This document shows, in pieces, positions 58,682 through 64,000 of a DNA stretch of 64,000 nt. How positions within the stretch are numbered: position 1 is the stretch's first letter; every line of letters starts with the position of its first letter. Origin of the DNA: a virus; IMG/VR virus record IMGVR_UViG_3300005340_000003, positions 1-64,000 of that record; one strand, written 5' to 3'. The notes beneath the pieces were generated by a model. The model made no database searches and was not told the DNA's origin. It saw only the letters and a program-made list of their open reading frames with translations. Made by a program: the position numbers and the translations under genes.

Positions 58682-59646
58682 GAGATTTGCATGTTGTATG
58701 CGGTGGTCGCGGATTTGTCGGACAGGCTCTCATCGCAGACCTGAAACAAAAGGGCCATGAAGTGAAATGCGTATCTCGCGGCCTGGGACAGAATAATTGT
58801 GGGTGGTCGAGTGAACCGTGGGAAATTCGCGATGGGGTTGAATACGTAAACGCTGACTTGATGAAGCCAGATCACGCAGTCGGAGTGGTTCGAGACGCTC
58901 GATACGTTTACAACCTCGCGGCGTCCGTGGGCGGGATCGATTTCATTCAGAACAATCGAGCAGCCTGCATGTCGTCAGCGTTGATTAACCTGAATCTCCT
59001 CCGCGCATGCCACCAATTCGGAACGCAGCGATATTTTTTCGCCTCCAGCGCGTGCGTGTATTCGAGCCGGGATTTTCCGATTACGGAAAGTTGCGCGGAG
59101 CCCGCAACCCCGGAAAGAGGATACGGGTGGGAAAAACTTTTTGGCGAGCAAGTTTGCCGAGAATATCGCGAGGCCGGATTTGTCGATACGCGAGCGGCTC
59201 GATATTTCACACTGTATGGCCCGGGCGACGACAAGAAGCACAACCATTTTCCCGCCGAGTTGTGCAAGAAAATCGCTACGGCAAAAATCCTCGCTCACAA
59301 ATCGATTGAGCTTTGGGGCGATGGTTCTCAAGTTCGGTCCCTTTTGTATATTGACGACTGCGTAGAGGGCACTCAAAGGATCATGGACTCTGGCGTGACG
59401 ATCCCTCTGAATCTCAGTGGCGCGGAATACGCTTCCACAAATCAAATGGCCGATCTCGTTCAATCGATTGCCGGCACGGACCTCCAGGTGAACTACGTTC
59501 CGGGAGTTACCGGGGTCCAATCTCGATTCGCGAGCAATGAACGGATTCACCGAGAACTGGATTGGGAACCCTCGACGGGATTGAAGGAAGGGTTCGAGTG
59601 GACTTACCGGTGGTGGTTCGATAAACTTTTGAAGGAGTTGCGTTGA
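58678..59646 (+). CDS. NAD-dependent nucleotide-sugar epimerase (GDP-mannose 3,5-epimerase-like)
   Basis: GGRGFVG, NLAA..GG, ASSACVY, YGWEK, WGDGSQVR. Confidence 0.9.
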   Translation: MRDLHVVCGGRGFVGQALIADLKQKGHEVKCVSRGLGQNNCGWSSEPWEIRDGVEYVNADLMKPDHAVGVVRDARYVYNLAASVGGIDFIQNNRAACMSSALINLNLLRACHQFGTQRYFFASSACVYSSRDFPITESCAEPATPERGYGWEKLFGEQVCREYREAGFVDTRAARYFTLYGPGDDKKHNHFPAELCKKIATAKILAHKSIELWGDGSQVRSLLYIDDCVEGTQRIMDSGVTIPLNLSGAEYASTNQMADLVQSIAGTDLQVNYVPGVTGVQSRFASNERIHRELDWEPSTGLKEGFEWTYRWWFDKLLKELR

Positions 59647-59672
59647 GGGAGATTTTCTGATAGAGTTTTGGA

Positions 59673-60080
59673 ATGACGAAGGTTTGCAAAAAGTGCGGTG
59701 TGGAAAGAACTCTCGACCGATTTCGAAAGCGGGACGGCAAAAGAACTGAATTCTGTTACGAGAGTGTTTGTAAGGATTGTGTCGCTAAGTCCAAACGTGA
59801 AAAATATGATCGAGACCCCACCGCACTTAAAATGGCCCAACTCAAATGGAATTACGGAATAACTGAATTTGAATTCAATGGTCTAAGAAAATCTCAGGAC
59901 GACAAGTGTGCTATTTGCAGAAGGGAATTTATACCCGGTAGCCTTTGTGTCGATCACTGTCATTTTTCCGGAAAAGTTAGGGGCCTTCTTTGCAAGCCCT
60001 GTAATATGTTCATCGCTTTGATTGGGGAAGACACCTCCGCCCTTGTTAGAGCGATTGAATACCTTCAAAAAAATTCTTAG
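59673..60080 (+). CDS. Endonuclease VII-family (homing) endonuclease
   Basis: CKKC...CKDC; YGIT...CAIC...VDHCH..GKVRGLLC..CN. Confidence 0.9.
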   Translation: MTKVCKKCGVERTLDRFRKRDGKRTEFCYESVCKDCVAKSKREKYDRDPTALKMAQLKWNYGITEFEFNGLRKSQDDKCAICRREFIPGSLCVDHCHFSGKVRGLLCKPCNMFIALIGEDTSALVRAIEYLQKNS

Positions 60081-60109
60081 TTGACAGTCTTCTAAACTCG
60101 CGTCACTTC
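60081..60109 (+). promoter_or_regulatory. Putative capsid-gene promoter
   Basis: TTGACA-N17-CACTTC upstream of the structured MCP leader. Confidence 0.5.
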
Positions 60110-60253
60110 TTTTTGAAGCCTAAAAAGGCTCGCGCTCGCTTCAGCGCGAGAAGACCTACTCTTCTGTTTGGTCGCAGAAACTAAACTCCGCTTACGCGGA
60201 CCGAAAACTGAGTCTCGGAACAGACTCTATTCAGTTTAGAAAGACCAAATTTT

Positions 60254-61552
60254 ATGGCTTTTTTCTGCGATAATCCATCCGATATCTCTGATATTGCCTC
60301 CAAGGACGTGAACCGCATCGTCGGAACCATTGCAAAGGCTCTTGCGGCAAACTCCCCATACATGGGGGTAATCACTGGAGGCACCTTTCCATCGGGCACT
60401 TCTGACGCGATACGCTCTGTTGTGCAAATGCAAGCTGCCCCAGGGGACTCACTTGCAATTCCTACGTTCCTCTGCGATACCGAAATCTGCGGCAACACCG
60501 GCATCCAAGACCTCACCGACACAGTGGAGTTTACGCTCCGCCTGGAGTCGTTTCGCGGTCGCGGCCCGAACATCTGCGTCAAGAAAGGCTACAGCGCCTT
60601 CAAGGGCAGCTATGTTATGGCCGAGGACAGCTTGAAAAAGCTCGTCACTCAGTATGTCAACGCTGACATCCGCGCACAGTTGTATCTCCGATCCGCCTCC
60701 AAGTTCACGGCGAACGCCGGATACGACTTCAACAGTCTGTTCACTGGCGGTCTGGAAACCGACCTGGGCGTGAAATTCGCTCCGTTGCTTCCGACAGGCC
60801 CGATGACCTTCAAGGCTCTCCATTACATTGCGCGGTATCTCCGCGAGGTGCTTTTCGGCGAGTGGTATTCTCAGTCCGAGGGCATGCCTCACTTCCGATT
60901 CATCGGAGGTTCCGATCAGGTGGAATATTTCCGCTCTGAAGTCGGAGTCCAAAATGTGATGATCGCTCTTACGACCGGTCAATACAAACTCGGTGAGACC
61001 AGCCTTACGGCTTATTCCTTCGAGCAGTCGCCGGCCTACCGGGGAATTGCTTTCGGCGTGGATCAACGTCCGCTTCGTGCGACGGGATTCAATCCGGACG
61101 GCACACTCGCCCTGGTCGATCCCGTGACCGTGGTTTCGAACCCGGCACGTAACACCGCTTTTGCCAAGCCGAACCCGGCGTGGTTGAACGCGGACTACGA
61201 AGTCGGTGTTCTGATTGCCGATGGCAGCTTCGAAAGGCTCGTGCCCGAGAAGTATGTCGGCGAAGGTTCCTTCAAATTCGCTCCGCAGTTGCACATGGGC
61301 GAGCTTGAGTGGCACTACCAGATCGACAACCAATGTAACCAATGGGGGGACTTTGGATGGCACAAGTATCAAATCACCCGGGCATATCGCCCATTGCGTC
61401 CTCAGCACATCATCCCGATCCTCTACAAACGCTGCAAAGCGGACCTGGGTTTGGTGAGTTGCGCGGACACGGCCTCGTCCAGCTTCACGGGCGCTGACTC
61501 CTTCGTGGAAATCGGCGTGTGCGGCGATGACGAAACGCCAGTGATCCACTAA
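60254..61552 (+). CDS. Major capsid protein
   Basis: 432 aa in the head module, with its own promoter and terminator and C-ending codon bias consistent with high expression; fold not verified. Confidence 0.75.
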   Translation: MAFFCDNPSDISDIASKDVNRIVGTIAKALAANSPYMGVITGGTFPSGTSDAIRSVVQMQAAPGDSLAIPTFLCDTEICGNTGIQDLTDTVEFTLRLESFRGRGPNICVKKGYSAFKGSYVMAEDSLKKLVTQYVNADIRAQLYLRSASKFTANAGYDFNSLFTGGLETDLGVKFAPLLPTGPMTFKALHYIARYLREVLFGEWYSQSEGMPHFRFIGGSDQVEYFRSEVGVQNVMIALTTGQYKLGETSLTAYSFEQSPAYRGIAFGVDQRPLRATGFNPDGTLALVDPVTVVSNPARNTAFAKPNPAWLNADYEVGVLIADGSFERLVPEKYVGEGSFKFAPQLHMGELEWHYQIDNQCNQWGDFGWHKYQITRAYRPLRPQHIIPILYKRCKADLGLVSCADTASSSFTGADSFVEIGVCGDDETPVIH

Positions 61553-61569
61553 GTCTTGAATGACTCGCG

Positions 61570-61602
61570 AGGCGGTCGGGAATAAAACCTCGACCGCCTT
61601 TT
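61570..61602 (+). terminator. Rho-independent terminator after MCP
   Basis: AGGCGGTCG-GGAATAAAACCT-CGACCGCCT followed by TTT. Confidence 0.75.
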
Positions 61603-61744
61603 CACTATAGACAAAAAACTTTGTCTCAAATCCACTTAACACAAAATGATTTGTCACAATATCTCACGACGACATTGTGACATTGGGGGTGGGTAAACCG
61701 GAGCGGGTGCTCAACACATCCGCTCCGCAACTTTAGAAAAAATT

Positions 61745-62719
61745 ATGGCTGCTGACGAACTAACATTTAAACCCGGAGACACAGACAATAACCTGCTTCG
61801 AAAAATTCTCGGGACACTCGAAAACGGCCTGGATATTTCGGGCGGAACAATCAACATTCCAGGAGCGATTACCGCTTCAATTGCCGATGGCGCGGACACC
61901 GCCGAAGGCTCTCGTGCCGATCCAGCCGAAACCAATCCAGCCGCCGTCGCTTCGATTGTTTCTCTGTTGAAGGGAATCCTTACAATCGACACTCAATCGA
62001 ACAGCGGAGTAGCCCAACTCAATACCGCTACCGGGCTCATCAATTCAGCGGCAGTTACAAATCCGGCTTCGAATGCTTCTGTAATCGCAGCCCTCAAGGG
62101 AATTTTGACCGGAGTAAACAGCATAAACACCAATACAGGTGCTCCGGCAGACGCGGCAGTCACCAATCCAGCATCCAGTGCCTCAATTATCGCGGCGATT
62201 AAAGGTCTTCTAACGTTAATTACGACTGGTAACGCCCAACTCGTAACGAATAACAATGTCGGCGGATACACTACGGCAATCAAGGACACTACGGCAGTAA
62301 GTGCTACTCCTGATTATTCGATTGGGGACGCAGTTGGCGGAAAAAGAACACTCACTAACGCGGTTCGAGTTAGCGGTGGAACCGGGGTTTTGGAATCGGT
62401 TATCCTACTTGATCGAGCAAATCAAAAAGCGGGAATGGAACTTTTCATTTTCGACTCCGATCCAACCGCAGCGACGATCACGGATAATGCAGCTTTCGTT
62501 TTCAGCACTGACGACTTGAAAGTTATCGCCAGGGTGTCCATTTCATCCGGCGATTATGTTACAATCAACAGCAAAGCGGTCGCTGTTGTGAAGGGACTAG
62601 GCATCGCATTAAAAGCCTCGGGAAGCACCAGCTTATATGCGGCTCTCGTTACTACGGGTGCCCCCAACCTTGCTGCTACGGACGACATTCAATTGATTTA
62701 TGGCATTTTACAGGACTAA
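61745..62719 (+). CDS. Virion decoration/fibre protein with three internal repeats
   Basis: 3x (A.TNPA..AS.I..LKG.LT) plus a beta-rich C-terminal domain. Confidence 0.6.
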   Translation: MAADELTFKPGDTDNNLLRKILGTLENGLDISGGTINIPGAITASIADGADTAEGSRADPAETNPAAVASIVSLLKGILTIDTQSNSGVAQLNTATGLINSAAVTNPASNASVIAALKGILTGVNSINTNTGAPADAAVTNPASSASIIAAIKGLLTLITTGNAQLVTNNNVGGYTTAIKDTTAVSATPDYSIGDAVGGKRTLTNAVRVSGGTGVLESVILLDRANQKAGMELFIFDSDPTAATITDNAAFVFSTDDLKVIARVSISSGDYVTINSKAVAVVKGLGIALKASGSTSLYAALVTTGAPNLAATDDIQLIYGILQD

Positions 62720-62721
62720 AA

Positions 62722-63474
62722 ATGCCTAATCCAGTTCTCATAAAAAGACTGTCACCGTCTTCTGTTTCATCGGGTGTTTTACCAACAGTGGGTTTGACCC
62801 ATCAATATAAAGCCGATAGTTATGTCGGAGTCGCAGACAACACCGCCCTCGGTGGAACTGGATTAGAGTGGGTGGATTCAGTTGGAGGTGTGTCTTATCA
62901 AGCTGCCCAAGCCGTAGCAGCACTTCGACCAGTTTTTAAAACCTCTGTAACTAATGGGCTTCCTGGGGTTTTGTTTACTAATCTCACTACGTTCGCAACA
63001 CAAAATTATTTGGACATCGCCACAGGAATCGCTCATGTGAACACCTACAGTGTTTTCGCAGTCATTAAAGCGAGCACTACCGCAGGACAGTTTCAAGGCG
63101 GATGCGTCATCGGTGCTTTTTCTGTGGGTGGAGGTGTGGCAGATGAAGATACCTTGATGATTATCAGAAACTCCGTTTCCGCTCAATCCGTTTCAGGATT
63201 GGCCAGTGATAAGGGAACTGTTTTGGCAGTAGGATTTATTCAGGACAATTTCAACGTCGCCTTTTTTCGAAACAACGTAACGCAATCCACCAACACCTTG
63301 ACTTTGGGAACACTCAATCTTAACGAAATTGGGGCTGCAGGTGATATGGGTTTCGGGCCGACTTCCTCGGTTAGATACAGCGGACACATTTTTGAAATTT
63401 TGGTTTATGATCGTGCAGTCTCTAGTGATACTCGGGCGGCGATTCAGAAATATTTTGGACGTTGGGGGATTTAA
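62722..63474 (+). CDS. ConA/LamG-like virion protein
   Basis: W.D...RP....NGLPGV.F ... G.I.EILVYDRA.S. Confidence 0.6.
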   Translation: MPNPVLIKRLSPSSVSSGVLPTVGLTHQYKADSYVGVADNTALGGTGLEWVDSVGGVSYQAAQAVAALRPVFKTSVTNGLPGVLFTNLTTFATQNYLDIATGIAHVNTYSVFAVIKASTTAGQFQGGCVIGAFSVGGGVADEDTLMIIRNSVSAQSVSGLASDKGTVLAVGFIQDNFNVAFFRNNVTQSTNTLTLGTLNLNEIGAAGDMGFGPTSSVRYSGHIFEILVYDRAVSSDTRAAIQKYFGRWGI

Positions 63475-63476
63475 TT

Positions 63477-63731
63477 ATGCCCGAGCTAGAAAAAATTACT
63501 TTCCCTCTTGTTACTGGAGGTATGTCGAACGAACAACGAATCGAGTTGCTGGAGAAACAAATTCTCATCGTGTATCATCAACAGCAAAACATCGCTATTG
63601 AAATCGATACCACACTCAAAGGAATCGAAAAACTCGAAAAACGTTTTCGACTCCTCGAACGGGCTAATTGGGTAGGCATTGGAATTATTTTGGTCGTGGA
63701 GTTTCTGTTCAGATCGAAACTTCTACCATGA
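63477..63731 (+). CDS. Holin-like single-TM protein
   Basis: Coiled coil plus C-terminal TM WVGIGIILVVEFLF. Confidence 0.5.
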   Translation: MPELEKITFPLVTGGMSNEQRIELLEKQILIVYHQQQNIAIEIDTTLKGIEKLEKRFRLLERANWVGIGIILVVEFLFRSKLLP

Positions 63732-64000
63732 AGAAAATTCTCCAGGCGATACTCGTAGTTTTTCTGGCAACCGGATGCAGCAGTCTATTCCCCAAAACCG
63801 TAGAATTCGGACAGGACAAAGTTGAAAAATTCCCAAGTCACCCAAAACAACAACTCGAAGCGGAGAGACAAGCTACTGCCCTCGCCGCAGAGAAGGCTCG
63901 CGAGGCTGAAACAATTGCAACCATCGATAACAGCACAGCATCCCAACCAGCCGGCGAAGCTGCCGACCTATCGGAATCTGTTGCGCGTTCATTGGGTCCA
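63728..64000 (+). CDS. Lipoprotein (spanin-like?), 3'-truncated
   Basis: MKKILQAILVVFLATG-C lipobox; open to the window end. Confidence 0.6.
   Translation, partial: MKKILQAILVVFLATGCSSLFPKTVEFGQDKVEKFPSHPKQQLEAERQATALAAEKAREAETIATIDNSTASQPAGEAADLSESVARSLGP

Noticed and set aside
60449-61657. 402-aa antisense ORF over the capsid gene (likewise 53983-55200 over the scaffold)
   Set aside because: Shadow ORFs produced by codon bias of the sense genes; no motifs or expression signals.
1-64000. Stop-codon reassignment, diversity-generating retroelement or IS elements
   Set aside because: Genes tile densely under code 11; no reverse transcriptase, TR/VR pair or transposase recognised.
1-64000. 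Apparent abundance of TCCGGA/TCGA words
   Set aside because: Not counted reliably by eye, and plausibly explained by CCG/GAA/TCG codon preference.

Overview
The whole window is one tailed dsDNA bacteriophage (Caudoviricetes), probably most of its genome, opened inside the virion/tail module. No host chromosomal genes are visible. The + strand 1-9656 carries putative DNA-ejection proteins, including a 2621-aa polyvalent protein. The - strand 9628-41055 carries early genes and replication/nucleotide genes: PolA, primase-helicase, SF1 and SF2 helicases, RuvC-like resolvase, sigma factor, Cas4-like nuclease, RNA ligase, dCTP deaminase, dNMP kinase and an HD hydrolase. An AT-rich inverted-repeat element sits at the divergence point (~41120-41315). 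The + strand 41740-64000 carries terminases, a serine recombinase, a tRNA/tRNA-like RNA cluster, portal, scaffold, glycosyltransferases plus a sugar epimerase, major capsid, and decoration/lysis genes. Start regions are A-rich or leaderless with no Shine-Dalgarno motif, which suggests an SD-poor host such as PVC/Verrucomicrobia (inference). The most notable observations are: (1) the giant virion protein has an HExxH peptidase followed by 12 cargo modules, each delimited by an F-[QSA]-P motif, a candidate self-cleaving injected effector polyprotein; (2) four tandem CCA-ended RNAs, of which only tRNA-Pro is canonical, one is tRNA-His-like with a 99-nt D-loop and one is a ~120-nt multi-hairpin RNA; (3) at least 13 copies of GTTTAAAC; (4) a candidate phage histone; (5) covarying AATAAA-loop hairpins upstream of genes; (6) a head-module glycosylation cassette. 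All functional calls come from motif recognition by eye; no database searches were run.
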